The position numbers were made by a program, and so were the translations under genes. The notes beneath the pieces are model-generated. The model had not been told where the DNA came from and did not search any database. It saw only the letters and a program-made list of their open reading frames with translations. 64,000 nucleotides of DNA from Lama glama (lineage: Eukaryota): contig CM052817.1 of the NCBI GenBank assembly GCA_028534125.1, forward strand, positions 48,734,001 through 48,798,000, written 5' to 3'. This document shows, piece by piece, positions 50,042 to 64,000 of this stretch. Position 1 is the first letter of the stretch. Every line of letters begins with the position of its first letter.

Positions 50042-52427
50042 AGCATATCTTCATTCTAGTGTTTTAGTGTTTCATGGAGAACCTTTTGGGACATGCTACA
50101 ATTTCTATCTTGGAAAATAGCATAATGCATTTTACTGCTCTGAATAAAGAGAATAAAAGGAGATTATAGGAGCTTTGCATTGCTCTTTTCCTAGACCCCT
50201 AACACCGGACTGATAGAGTGTTCCATGAATCCGTGTAGCTGACAATTGCACAGAATCACACACACTAAAAAGTAGAAGTGTCTTAGCTCAGCCAGTGTAC
50301 ATCTACTCAGTGAAAGCCTCATTGCAGCAAAGCCATGGGCAATTTTAATTCGCTTTAGGTACACAGACTTTTAACATGGCATTCCCTTAGGATTTCAATT
50401 TAGGCCCTTGTCTCTTACTTTGTCTTCACTGGCAGAAATTAATCCTTGGGATTCTAAATATGACACACCTCCTGCCTCTTCATGAAACATTAGTTCTGAA
50501 TAAATTCTGAGAAATAGTCAAATACCTGATTTTTAGGTTAAATTGCCAAAACTGTGATAAATTTTCAAGGTAGGCTTGAAATTTTTTTTTTCTAAGTATC
50601 AGTACAATTTGGATCACTAAACCTGGATAATGTCTATTCCATAGCGTTAGAAGCAGGATAACTTTTTGTTTGTTTGTTTTTAAGGATTCATTTAGAACAC
50701 TTGTCTTGGAATGGGGGAAAAAAAGAGAGCAGGGGGACGTAACAGGATGATGTGACAGATATTTTCAGATAACACAGCCTATTGTGCAGCCCACTCCTAT
50801 TCTGACATGGAGTCGGGGTTATGAGAATTAGAAATGTCAGAGGGTGGAAACAGGGATCTGTCATTCTGAAAAGTCTTTCCATATGATTCTGAATTTTCTT
50901 TCCTTTTCAGTTCAAAACCATTGATTTTGAGAAAAGGAACTAGCTTTTACTTTTTTGTAGAATTAAAAGAAGGTTCCATATTAAAAAGACATCAGTTACC
51001 TAAAGGCAGGCAACTGGAGGCTGGTTTTGGTGCTCAGACGTACTCCCATTGCGTCCCTAACCTTTGGTAATTAGGTGACTCTGGCTCTCTTAACATTTTC
51101 TTAGGTTGGGAATCAAAGAAAATATATGTACCTTACCAACTCCTCAGTCATAACTGACTTTGATTATGAATGAAAATGTAACATGATAACCAGAAATATA
51201 AATAAAACTTAACTTCTCTGTGGAGTTTTCGCTTTCATGCATCAGTTGACTAAAATGAGATGGAGATTAAAATATATTTAAAAATTAGACCCAGAACATA
51301 TACGACATTTTTAGGATACTGATTATAAATTACTTATGAGGGTAAAACGTGGCTGGGTTAGAGTCAATAGAATAGGATACAATTTTAGAATGTTGGGTGT
51401 CATCATTAAACGAGAGGGACCTGCTAACAATTCAGAGTACACAGTGCAGGGGCTAAGGATGATCAGATTTTCTGGAGGTCTTTAAGCAGAAGACTTCCTC
51501 TCCTTCCACAGTCTCATGGGTGTGTTGCCAACCAGTCTCCAGTCTCCAGGTAGTGCTAGTTTTGGCTTCGTTTATCAAAATAACTGTCATTCACTCAGGT
51601 GCCAAACCTGGGGACTATTATGGAACCACGTCTTTGTGGATTTGGTGCAGGGAAAAACCAGCCTGTCTTTTGTGGGAGAGAAAAATGTGTGATCCAAAGA
51701 ACTCTGGAATAGGGTTTCTCACTGGATGGAAAATCCTCTCTGCTGCATTTTAGCATGGCACAAGACTGGAAGAGCCAGTTCCCATAGTTAGCAGTGCCCG
51801 TAAGACATCTATTGCTTCTGAAATGATACTGGATTGTGTTTGCAGCACAAAGCCTTAGACAAGGTCCCCTTCACCTTTTAGATAATGTAACTTAGGTGCA
51901 ACTTAGGTGTTATGTAACCTAAAAATGTGAGGATACCAAGCATGTGCTCTTAATAGAAGATTATTTATCATGTCTAGAATTTCTTAATTTATTTGACTGA
52001 TATGAAATCCTTGATAAGGTTGCAGATTTATTTTATAGTGTCCCTTAAAATCAGTTCTCTTCTTCACACATCTTTCTTTCTTTTTGAGGAAACTACAAAG
52101 ACTAAATGTTATCCAGGAATGATACTATAGAAGTAGAATCACAGTACACGATTTAAAATCATGACACTACAGTGTGCTACATACACATGTTGGGAATTCT
52201 AAAGACTACCAATATGTAGGAAAAAAAAAAAGAAAAATACTGATTGTATCCCAAGGTCAACACAAGATCACAGAGAAAGTTCAGTTAAAGTCTCAGGCAA
52301 AAATAAAATTAAAATAAGGTGTGTGTACTATAAATCTATGTTGACATGAAACAATGAACTGAATGTATACTCTATGACTGAGAACCAAGTGAGAGAATAA
52401 ATGTATGTGAAGGTATTTGATATTTAC

Positions 52428-52497
52428 TGAGAAGCAAGCAATGAAAGTTAAGATGACATCAATCAAAATCAGAGCCTTCGTCTTGTCTTAGGGTCTT
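52428..52497 (-). pseudogene. SCPP-type signal exon with ACG in place of ATG: (M)KALILIDVILTFIACFS
   Basis: tttctag|aagaccctaagacaag ACG AAG GCT...GCT TGC TTC TCA|gtaaat. 16-nt UTR + 18 codons, phase 0, same geometry and same ACFS ending as MUC7 exon 2 in this window. Confidence 0.8.
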
Positions 52498-55400
52498 CTA
52501 GAAATAGTCAGCAAAGATGCTTCATTGGTTGAAGGAGAAATCAAAGAAATACCAATTTGTTTTTGCTAAATTTTAACCAAAGGAAAAACATTTATGCATG
52601 TTATGGCACATCCATGGCATATATTGTACCTATGGTGTAATAAGAACTTATGAAATTTATATAAGAAAAATATTGAGTATAACAGATAGATGCAAAGGTT
52701 AAGAATAGTGAATTCCAATAACAAAATGAACAGTAGATAAAAATGTAGACAAAAGCCCTTGTTTCATTGTCAAGAAAACATATAGAACTTTCTTTTGACC
52801 TACTGTTTTACAATTACTAAGGAGTTATTTAAGAAAGTAAAACAAAAATGTAGTCAAGATTGTGATGAGGTTGATATCCTTGCATGCAGCCAGTGGTTCT
52901 ATTCATCAAGATAATTTTTTTTTGAAAAGCAGGACTGCAATATGCAAAAGAAACATGAAAATGTTTATACTTTTAACTTAAAGAATCTCAGTCTTGAGGA
53001 TTATTCTTGATAAATTAACTAATAGAAAAAAATTTTAAATGTTCACTCTAGTGTTAGTTATAATTAAAAAATATGGATACTGATAATCATGAAGACTTTG
53101 TGAAAACTTGAAAAATGCTTATGTTTTAATGATAAGTGAAAAATTTAAATACCATACTGTATATAAATTATCCAAGTGGATAAGGACAGGAAAATATAAG
53201 CAAAAATGAAAATATGTGGTATAATGGTTTAATTTACATGCAGACTTTTTGTTATTAAAAATTATGGTGTTTTGTTCATTTTATAATTTAAACACACAAA
53301 AGAAATTGAGAAATTGCCATTAAAATGCTCTTCTGGCTTTGATTTTGACCTTGCATACTAAGACACTAGACAGAAAATTTTAAGTTAACTTACAACTTAA
53401 AAATGTGTATAGTAAAAAATATGAAATATTTATATCATCTTATCATTAGTATCATTATTATTATCTGCAAGAAACTTTTAGAAATTTGACATTTCTGTTT
53501 TGACATCATCATTATTGCTAGATTCTCTCAGCCAAAAGAAAAGCAAACTAATGAAAACCTAAATCTCTCCAATTGCAGTTCTTCGAGGGCTTTTATAAAA
53601 TTACCCCTTTTCATAATTTTGCATTCATATGTCATACTTCAGTAATGAATCAGTTTTTGGGGGGGTTTACTATTCACTTACTTAATTTCTCTCCCAAAGA
53701 AAAATCGCTAAGCAGAGAAATTAATGGCTAATTACTTATGATTACAAAATCTCAGCTTCAAATGTGGCTGCTTTTCTAATCTTTAAGTTACAACATTAAA
53801 AACATGATAGCCACAACGTAACTGATGGAGAATTATTATCTTTTAACAATGGCTTTATTCATTAGAGCATCTCCTTGTGATTTTAGGGGAAAGACCACTG
53901 GATCAATATTCCTAAGAGTTGAGCTTTATTTGTCAAACCGTGGTCACATTACTTAACCTATCTGAGGCTCATTTTTCTAATTCTAAAGTAAAGTCATTAA
54001 TTTATTTGATGAAATTGTCACATTCTAATACTCTAAGAAAACCAAAAATGTGTATCTCCATCATGTAAACAGTCACAATCTCAAGTAAAAGATAAGACAC
54101 ATTTAGATGTATATATGTCCTTTCCTTTGTAATAAAAGAGATAACAGAACAGAAACATTTGATTAATTAAAAAAAACAAGCCCAATGATTTCTCTTGTAA
54201 TTTAGTAAAATATATAGATGTTTCTGCCACTGAAAACATTTTCACTTTTATGGGTGCAAAACTACAATACATGTCTAAAGTCTACAACTTCATGTCTAAA
54301 AAGGGCAACTTTCAAGCTATTTGGGATTGCAGAGGACAAGCTATTTATATTATTATCAGGCTTACTGAAATTAACATTTTACTAATTAAAGTGAATAGAA
54401 CTTGCAGTTTGATAAATTTGTTCAAGCATTTCCTTTTCTTTCTCTATATTTCCTATCAAATTCATTATATTAGAACTCTTTGAAAAAAAAGAGTTTGAGA
54501 TCTCATAATAATTACACTAATTAGAAACTGTATATAATCAAGTCTAGGAAAAACAGGTTTAAGTTTTTGAAATTCAAAAAATGATACAGTAATAAAGGAT
54601 CCTCTGTGGTTGTCAGGGATGTCAGCTTTGCCTTAGCTTCTGAAGTCTGGAAGCTCAGAGAAAGAGTACAAGTGATTCATGACTTATAAAGGATTTTCTC
54701 TCCTTTATCCTTTTATTTTGTTCTTATTGCTAAGCAAGGTAGTAGTTTTATTTTAGCAATTGCTTCTGGGCTAATCCAAGCTATTTCCTGAAGCAAAAAA
54801 AGGAGTGTTATAATCTTCAAAAGTTGACATTTGTCCTTTTCAGTTTTCCTGAGAAAACATCATGGCTAATTACGCATCAGAAAAAATGAAGGCTTATTCT
54901 TTATAATTTAAAAATAGTATTTTGAGTCAACTTCTTTCCTTTATTTTTGGATGTTTTTGTAAATAACTTGACATTTTACTAACAAAGCAATAATTATTGA
55001 AACTTGACAAACCCTAGGTCTAATGAATGTTCTCATAATTGATCCTGTTATTTACAATATTTGCCCTACTACTGTGTGCTGTTGTGGATTCTGAACTAGT
55101 AAGAAGTATTAGATGATGGTGGCTTCTTTTGTATTCATTATTAACTTTTTAAGATAAAGTACTTCATTCCTGAAAGTTAATTATCAGAGCTTATAAAATT
55201 ATCTCAACTTAAGTATTAGTAGCTGGAGGGCAGCTGCAAACATTGCATTCTTTTCTTGCCTTTTCTGGACATAAAGATAAGACAAGGATTCGTAGTGAAC
55301 TATTTGACAACACTTAATATGCTCTTTACCACTAGGCTAGTAATAATTCTTTAAATTGTAACAGAAGATGTGTTGATGCACCACAGAAATTTCTTTACTC

Positions 55401-55536
55401 AGAAGAAAAGTGCCAGTTATTGAGAAATATAAAATGTGAGTATTGTAGTCTTTTGACATTTGCTTTGATGTCACTAGGTCTTACTTTTCATGAAAATGTC
55501 ATTCATCACCAGAAAGATGGAAAATCATGTACTTAC

Positions 55537-55675
55537 ACGTTGGAAGTTTATTGGTGGGTAATCAAACTTGTGATGCTTTTCTTTCAAATTAGCTGTTAAC
55601 AATGGTATAACTTCTTGGCATTCATTCACCCAGTGATGAATTGAAGATCAGATGAGGATTTCCAGACTTTTTATC
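55537..55675 (-). promoter_or_regulatory. Candidate exon 1 and TATA-like box of the ACG-start gene
   Basis: GATAAAAAgtctggaaatcctc resembles the MUC7 promoter TATAAAActggaaaactc; gtaagt donor at 55531-55536. Confidence 0.3.
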
Positions 55676-56572
55676 CTAAAGCTGAATCTGAGTGCACTGG
55701 ACACAGTGTCTCCTTGGTTATTTTTTTTTCCAATTTGTTCTTATCTTAACATTTTTTTAAGGATAACTTATTGCAATAAGGGTAACCTAAAATCTAAATC
55801 AAGAAGCAGTTCTAGATCTGTGTGCGTCTACATAGAAAGTAATTTTGTACATGAAGAGACTGAAACTTGAGAAAATAACTAGCTCATAGTCTCATGACTC
55901 AGTATTTTAACCCAGGTTTATCTCCAAGCTTTCTCTTTCCCCTGTGCCAAGATATTTTTAAACATATTTAACGTCTGTTAAGAAAAATTTTGACTAATTC
56001 TTACAATGAGTAAGTTGTACACAGAGTCTTAGGCATTTTTGTATCTCTATCAACTAGTCGATTTCCTGGAGTAAATTTAGGTGATTAATAATGCTTTTGA
56101 CCAAGTTCAAATATATAAACTTCCTTCCCTTTTCTGACTTTGTTGTAAGTTATGTCTAATCCAAGATTCTATACAGTGAGAGAAAATGGGAGGATTCCAG
56201 CTCACAAGACGCTTGTTCTCATCAAAGAGGATCAGCTAACTTGGCTGGGAGTAGCTACTGACTGGGGCTGATACTAGAGATTTCAGATTTCTACATATAA
56301 TTGTCATGCCAAACAGTCTATGTAGCTAAGCTTGTGCTTATTTTATCATCATTCTGTAGATAGCGTGCATGGAATACATTAATAAATATTGGACTATGTT
56401 GATAAGTATTCTTGTTGATCCCTGCTATACTTTTATCATTCTGCCTTTGCGTCTTCTATCATCCCAATCTAACTTTTACTTTTTCTTAAAAATAATCTTT
56501 TTAAAGCACAGTTAAAATGTTAATCCCTTGTTTAAAAATTTGATGCCCCTTATTTTCACATCACCATTTCTC

Positions 56573-57998
56573 GAAGGGCTGCTTTTTGATTTGTTTGTTT
56601 TTATTTAAAGTGGGAGCGTTCCTGTGTAGACCGTGTGCGTGTAATAGTTTTGTTGTAGGATTATTCTTAGTATGGATGGTTGCCATTGTTTCTTCCATGG
56701 GTGTTGCCTGCTATCCCTTTGATTGGGGGTGTGGTTGGTGCTGTGGTGTTCAGAGTCTGCCCTGATTGTTGTTGTTGAGCAGGGCCTCCTTTTTTGTTCT
56801 GTGGCTGTCACAGTCTTGACAGGGCTGGGTCTGCTCCCCTGTTGCTGGAATAGAGGCTTGTAGACCCGTTTCTGAGCTGTGGTGTGTGTGTGGTAGGCAG
56901 GATTGAGCACTCAGCTGGGAAGAAGAGTTGGCAGGAGATGTCCACTGGGAGGTGCCCTCTGTGGTGTTGTCGCTTGTCACGTGGGCTTACAGATTACTCT
57001 TTGTTGATGCTGCCTTTGTCCCTGCCTTAGCTGCCGGAATGTCAGCCACCGCTCTGGTGTCCCGCAAGTTCTGGGCCCCCAGAACCAACAGCACAGATCT
57101 GCCAAGGTCAGGCGCTAGGACCTGCCCTAGTGAGTATGCCGTCACACACCTGAATCCGTGGTGTGCCCCAGGGTCTACACAGACCCCAGCCCTGCCTCTG
57201 TGTACAGGACACATACACTGGCCTATTGAAATACCCTTACTCGCCCCTACTGTGTGCCAGAGCTCTGCTCACTGCCTGTTCATCCCAGAGGCACAGGTTC
57301 ACAAAGGCACTTGTGTAGCAAATCTACCCTCTCTGCCTGGGGCTGTAAAGAAATCTCAGTCCCACCTGTGAAGCTGCAGGGCCCCTGGGTATGGATTCAC
57401 CCTTCAGCCCTGACTCTGCTCAGGGGCGATGGCTATGACCAAGCCTCACCTCTCTATTCGTGAGAACACACCAACAATGGAGCTAAGCAGAGAAAGCAGC
57501 TATGGCCTGGCTGCGTTGTGCCTGTCCCCAACATGCACACCAGCAGTGGTGCTTTTTTATAGGGGTCCCTGTCTGTTCCATTCCACACATACCCCCAGTC
57601 AGAGCTCACACAGCCTTCCAGTCCCCTGAGGCTGCCTCTGTGCAGGAGGCCCCAGCCCTCTCCCTGGGCTCAGCCCCCATCCCTAGTAGCCAGTCCCTGC
57701 TTGTCCCTGCTGGCTTGCATCTAGGGCTGGGGATCACAGAGACCCTCCATGCCAGTTTCTCTTAGTTCTACTGCCAAGTGGCTGCCACTTACTCCTCTGA
57801 GCCTCGGAAGCTCTGCTTCTGCCCCTGCTGACCTCTCTGCTGGAGAGGGTGCCTTTCTTCCTTTGCTGTTCCCTCCCTGCAGGACCAGTAGAGTAGGTGT
57901 TCTGTGCAATTCAGTGGGTTTGTAGATGTAATTCTTGGTGTATTTGTGGGAGAGGGTGAGTTGTGTGTCTCTCTACTCCGCCATCTTGGCACTTCTCC
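56573..57998 (-). mobile_element. L1 5'UTR-only insertion with a 16-bp target-site duplication
   Basis: GC-richer block starting ccaagatggcggagtagagagacac on the minus strand. Flanks cacatcacca(t/c)ttctc at 56557-56572 and 57999-58014. Confidence 0.8.
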
Positions 57999-58269
57999 CA
58001 CATCACCACTTCTCAAACCATGTTACACAGAGCATTAGTTCCTAGAGATATTTACTGGGGCTCTGTGAAAATATAGCTCCATGAACACTTAATGTACATA
58101 TTCTCATTTAAAGAGTCCAGAAAATTCACCCCAACATCATCAGTGCATTTTATTGTGAAAATCTTTTTAGCTCCTGAGAAAAAATCGTATTAATTCTGGT
58201 AAAACTAGCTCAGGAAATATGAGCTGTTAGTTATGTGAAATTCTAACCCTAAGTTGCTATACACGTAGT

Positions 58270-58754
58270 GTGATGTTTAATTTTATGTGTTAACTTGACT
58301 AGGTTATGGTGCCTAGTTGTTTGGTCAAGCACTAGTCTAGATGTTGCTGTGAAGGCACTTTATAGATGTGATTAACATTTATAATCAGCTGGCTTTAAGT
58401 AAAGCAGATTACCTTTCATAATGTGAATGAGCCTCATCTAATTAGTTGAAGGCCTGAAGAGCAAAGACTGAAGTTTCTTAAAAGGAGAAATTCTGCCTTG
58501 AGACTGAAACATTGAAACTCTGCCTGAGTTTCTAGCCTGCTGACTTGTCCTGTGGATTTTGGACTCAAAACTGCAATATCAACTATTAATTGAATTTCCA
58601 GCCTACCAGTCTGTGCCATGGATTCCAAACTTGCCAGTCTCCACAATAACATATGCCAATTTCTTCAAATAAATCTCTCCATATCTCTATCTATCTATCT
58701 AATCATCTATATCATCATCGGTTCTGTTTCTCTGGAGAACCCTGACTGATTTAC
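58270..58754 (+). mobile_element. MLT2-type ERVL solo LTR
   Basis: tgtgatgtttaattttatgtgttaacttgactagg...ggttctgtttctctggagaaccctgact. Confidence 0.85.
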
Positions 58755-59157
58755 ACAGTCTCACACAGTTTGGTTATCTTTCCTTTTGTAAGGGCTGTAA
58801 TATCACTTACAATTTAGTTTATCTGTTACCATTCTCTCTCAGATCCACGGGGCTCCAGCCTTTCTTCAGTATTATTGAGCACACCAAGTCCTTCTATGCT
58901 TCTGTCTTTGCCTTTGCCCCTCCCTCAGCTTGAAACCAGTGATATCTTTTTTGTCCTGGTAAACTCACATTTGTCTCTAAGTATTCACTTTATAGCCATC
59001 CTTCCTCTGGGAGCACCTATAGCTTAATAAATGAAATCATCATTCACTGTTTCATTTAATTCATTCATGTAGCAGATGTTTGTTAAGCATCTGCTGTGTT
59101 CAAAGCTCTCATAATTGAGCAGTGGACAAGGGGGATATGATCGCTTCCCTTAGGATG

Positions 59158-59281
59158 GGGTGATGAGCACTGTTTACTCAGGATGCCCTAGTTTATGCCT
59201 GTTGTTTGGAGTCATTATTGATAGTGTCCTCTTTCAGTCTCAAAAGTGTTCTAGTTTTGATGATAAATTATGTGACCTTCT
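59158..59281. mobile_element. MER94-like hAT element
   Basis: gtttatgcctgttgt...attattgatagtgtcctctttcagtctcaaaagtgt...gataaattatg. Confidence 0.6.
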
Positions 59282-59331
59282 TAATTATCAAGCATTAATC
59301 TAGTAGGGAAGACAAACATTAAACAAGAAGG

Positions 59332-59660
59332 TGTTATGGGTTGAAATGTGTCTTTCCTCCTACTCCCAAATAAGTTGGAGTCCTAACTCATAGAACCTGT
59401 GAATGTGACCTTATTCAGATGTGAGATCTTTGCAGATGTAACCAAGTTAAGATGAGGTCATGCTGAATTAAGGGGTTAATCCAATGACTGGTGTCCCTAT
59501 AAGGAGGAGAAATTTGGGCACAGAGACACACGAAGAGAACATCATGTGATGAAGGAGGCCAAGATGGCAGTGATAATGCCTACAAGCCAATGAATGTCAA
59601 CAACTGCCAGCAACCACCAGAAGCTAGGAAGAAGCAAGGAAAGATTCTCTCTCCTAAGCA
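59332..59660 (+). mobile_element. MLT1B/C-type MaLR LTR (partial)
   Basis: tgttatgggttgaaatgtgtc...aatgtgaccttatt...ttaagatgaggtcat...caaccaccagaagctagg. Confidence 0.8.
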
Positions 59661-60394
59661 AAGTCCCTGGAAGGAACTATAGTTGCAGTTTATAAAATAA
59701 TGATGCTTTTCAGCTTGCTGCCTATTTCAGTCCTAAGGTTGATTTGAAGATAAAATGATTAAAACCTTTAATAGCTTTCAAATATATTCTGAATAAAATC
59801 CAGAGTGTTCAACAAACACTACATGATTTGTCTCCTGTCTACTTTTCCAGTTTCAATTTATGTCATAATCCAACTGGTTACATGTTCCAACCACATGATC
59901 TGTTCATTTGCTTGAAAAACTTAAGGCCATTTCTAGCCTCAGGACTTTGGGCATGTTGTGTCTCCAACTCTCCACATTTTTCAGTCTTTAGCTTAAATCT
60001 CATTTTCTCAGGCACTACTTCCCTGGACTTAAATTTGTGTGAAGTCTTGCAGCTATAATCTCTTATTATTTTTGTCTGTGTACCCAACACAATCTATGGT
60101 TAGACATATATATTTGTTTAATATTATTCTAGTTTATAGCCTATCTAATGGTGTTAAGCCCTATTCCTCCCTATCTGCCTCCCACATATATACCATTTAC
60201 TATTCAACCAACGTCTTGGCTTTGTTTTTCTTTTTTCTAATATAATAAAATTATAAGTATTTATGGAATAATTCTATCTTTGGTATCTAGAGCTAAGTTA
60301 TTCTTTAAACAAACAATAGGTTTTCATTTTACTTATATCTCTCCTAATTTGAGAATTCTGTGCTAGAATATCAATCACATTTACACACAGTAAA

Positions 60395-60541
60395 TTGATT
60401 GCTGTCAGAAAGATTTATTGAAGAAAAATCAGCAAAGTGAAAACAGACCCATTTTAAAAGTCTGTGTCCAAAAAGAATGAAGACGTATGTCCTTGAATTA
60501 CTAACCAAAAGCATAAGAAGAGTGCAGTATCTGCTTAAGAC
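60395..60541 (-). other. CABS1: Putative non-coding 3'UTR exon 2 of CABS1 with AATAAA at 60414-60419
   Basis: ttttgtcaatttttttcag| acceptor and a polyA signal about 125 nt downstream; candidate donors at 61181 and 61177. Confidence 0.55.
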
Positions 60542-61300
60542 CTGAAAAAAATTGACAAAATTCAGGAAGGAAATTTTAAAGACATAAAATTAAATTAATT
60601 CATATGTTTATATACAATATTGTTTTTGACAGATGCATACATTTGTAAAATATCGTTTTGCCTTAGTTTGCATCTAACATGAGCCAGGAAACCTGTAATA
60701 GTTCTTATATTTCTTATATATGGATACTAAACAATTACTAATGAGCTCTAATTTTTCTGAGTGAGGACTGTAAATTTATTTTTTAATAGAAGAGAATCAT
60801 TGGTTGCATACTAATAAAATATCTGTTTATAATAAGCATTTAAGGTCTTTTAATATTAAAACAATTATTTTTGAGATATATTGTTAATTTGATTCTCTTC
60901 ATCTCTTTAATTCACAATGAAATATGCTTTTAAGGATTAAGTAAAATGACATATAGATTAAATACAGCAGGGGTGAGCCTTATTTATTTTCTCTCTCTTA
61001 ATATCCCTGAAGGCTGCTGTTAAAGATTTTATATTAAAACAAGTAATTATTGGGTAACCCAATTAAACTTTGTGATAGTAGGCAAACTCTTGTATTGCTG
61101 AGTTTTTGAACTTTCCATAAATACATTCTCCTGCATTACCACTATTCTTAAACATCTGTGTTTTCTAAATTTCATACTTGCCTTGAATGCTCATATTCTT
61201 TCATTTATTAAGATTTTTGCTTGCTGGACAAACTTCTTAGATGTGAAAACTAGCTGTTTAGACTATTGCACAGTTCTGTGTGGCATTTCTTTTGTTGCTT

Positions 61301-62488
<1,188 letters not shown>

Positions 62489-64000
62489 TCAGAGGTCTTT
62501 CCCTGGGCCCAGTGGTATCCCTAGGCAGGAGAGTGGTGGTGTTCATTATAGTGACTGAAGCGTGGGTCATCATGGTGATTGTTGCATCAACCACAGGGCT
62601 GACAGCACTGGCTCTCCCTGAGGTTGTTTCTGTGCTCTGCCCCAGTTACGAGTATTGATATTAGATGAAAAGACTATACAGCCCTCTCTGATTATGAAAT
62701 CAACATTCACAGATGAATATTTCAATTGCAAGGAATTTGCGATTTACCATGTGTCTTTTAATAAGGGATGTGCCTTCCAAAGTGTAGCTAGTGTCACTTG
62801 AAACAGACATAGCAAAGTCTGTCGGGTACTTTGTGGGTTTAGTGTCAACACGAGAAACTCCAGGAGCCACAGATTATCAGCATCAGCTTCAGGTTGCCTG
62901 CATCTCAAGTAAGTAACAGAGTTTTTTCGAGATGAAGCGTCCTCTCTTGAGATTCACGCTATTTAAATGTCTAAAACAAATTAATGGCATTTTGACAGTG
63001 AATGTAGCTGCAGAAAGTAATTAGATAGCAGAGACTTCAGTTCTGTTCTTCAGAGAGAGAATTCTCACTTTTTCAGTAGGGACAATAAAAAATAAAGTTA
63101 CTGGCTTGTTAGAGTCTTGGCAGTTTTCTCCTTCATGATAATTCTTACTTTTTCTTGAATTAACTTGAGTAACAGTGAGATTGTCAGGTTTTGTAGGTTT
63201 AATTTTTTTTTTTAGGAATGTTTTTCTGTAGAGACCTGTTATTTTAACACCCCCAAAAATTTTTGGCAGGGGGTTGACATTATATGCCAGAATTAACCCA
63301 GAGGCAAAACCAGCTTGTGGAATAATTGTATTAGACTTAAGAATTAATGCTCCGTTTTAGACGGATTATTTTCTATAATGATGTCAGTCATTTTACTTTG
63401 TTATCATCCTCAAGCGTTAGCTAATTGGATGAAAAGGGTTTGTAGTTTGTTGTTAATCTTTTCGCAGTGTCATTAGAAGAAAGAGAATTTTCAGACTCAG
63501 ACACAGCTAAATCTGAAAAAGGGCCGCAGCAGCAGAGTAGCAGTTTCTATCTCAAGGGCAAATGCTTCTTCTTAATTAGATCAGGACTCAAGCTAACCTC
63601 AAAATTAACAATGTTTTTTCTTAGTTGATTGGTCTGGAATAGATATATCACCACTCTAGAAATATCGGATAAGTTTTAAGATGGACATTTTTCATTTTAA
63701 AGATATGTTTTTGCTTCAAGTGGATGTCACTATTGAGAGCTCAAATGTCTTTTTAATATAGGAAGTGCTGTCATTATCCGGCACAGGGAAGGAAGTCTCA
63801 AGTTAATGACTGGCACAGGTTTTTTTTTTTGTTTGTTTGTTTTTTTAAATTTCTAAGTAGAAATACTCTCAGTTCCAGTGGCAGTAAAGAAAATCACAGG
63901 GTAATGCAATTTCTTTGTGTTGGATATCTTAATGGGAAGTTTTTAACCTCTGCTTTTTTCTTTCTCGTCATTTGGTGTTTATGAAGCTTAATTCAGGATA

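Noticed and set aside
56605..58016. Cluster of 60-147 aa ORFs
   Set aside because: Inside the GC-richer L1 5'UTR; no recognisable protein.

Overview
Mammalian genomic DNA, most likely camelid (alpaca/camel), judged from a tRNA-derived Vic-1-type SINE and camelid-style L1 3' ends. The window covers the salivary part of the SCPP cluster, with all genes on the minus strand. In transcription order: (1) CABS1, intact, 387 aa. (2) An SMR3/PROL1/MUC7-type SCPP gene whose signal exon starts with ACG instead of ATG and whose last exon begins SSESSEE but is frameshifted. (3) A PROL1/OPRPN orthologue converted into a secreted mucin of about 2,000 aa or more: signal exon, a Pro/Arg/Cys-rich repeat domain, then about 1,750 aa of Thr/Ser/Glu/Pro repeats; the start of exon 3 is hidden in an assembly gap. 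(4) A decayed three-exon mucin-like gene (signal-like exon, Cys-containing exon, 1.4-kb Thr/Ala/Ser exon) that I cannot assign to a named gene. (5) Exons 1-2 of MUC7, which continues off the left edge. The rest is AT-rich intergenic or intronic DNA with L1, MIR, MaLR/ERVL and DNA-transposon relics and three N-gaps. Gene and repeat-family names rest on my recollection of human sequences and repeat consensus sequences, not on a database search.
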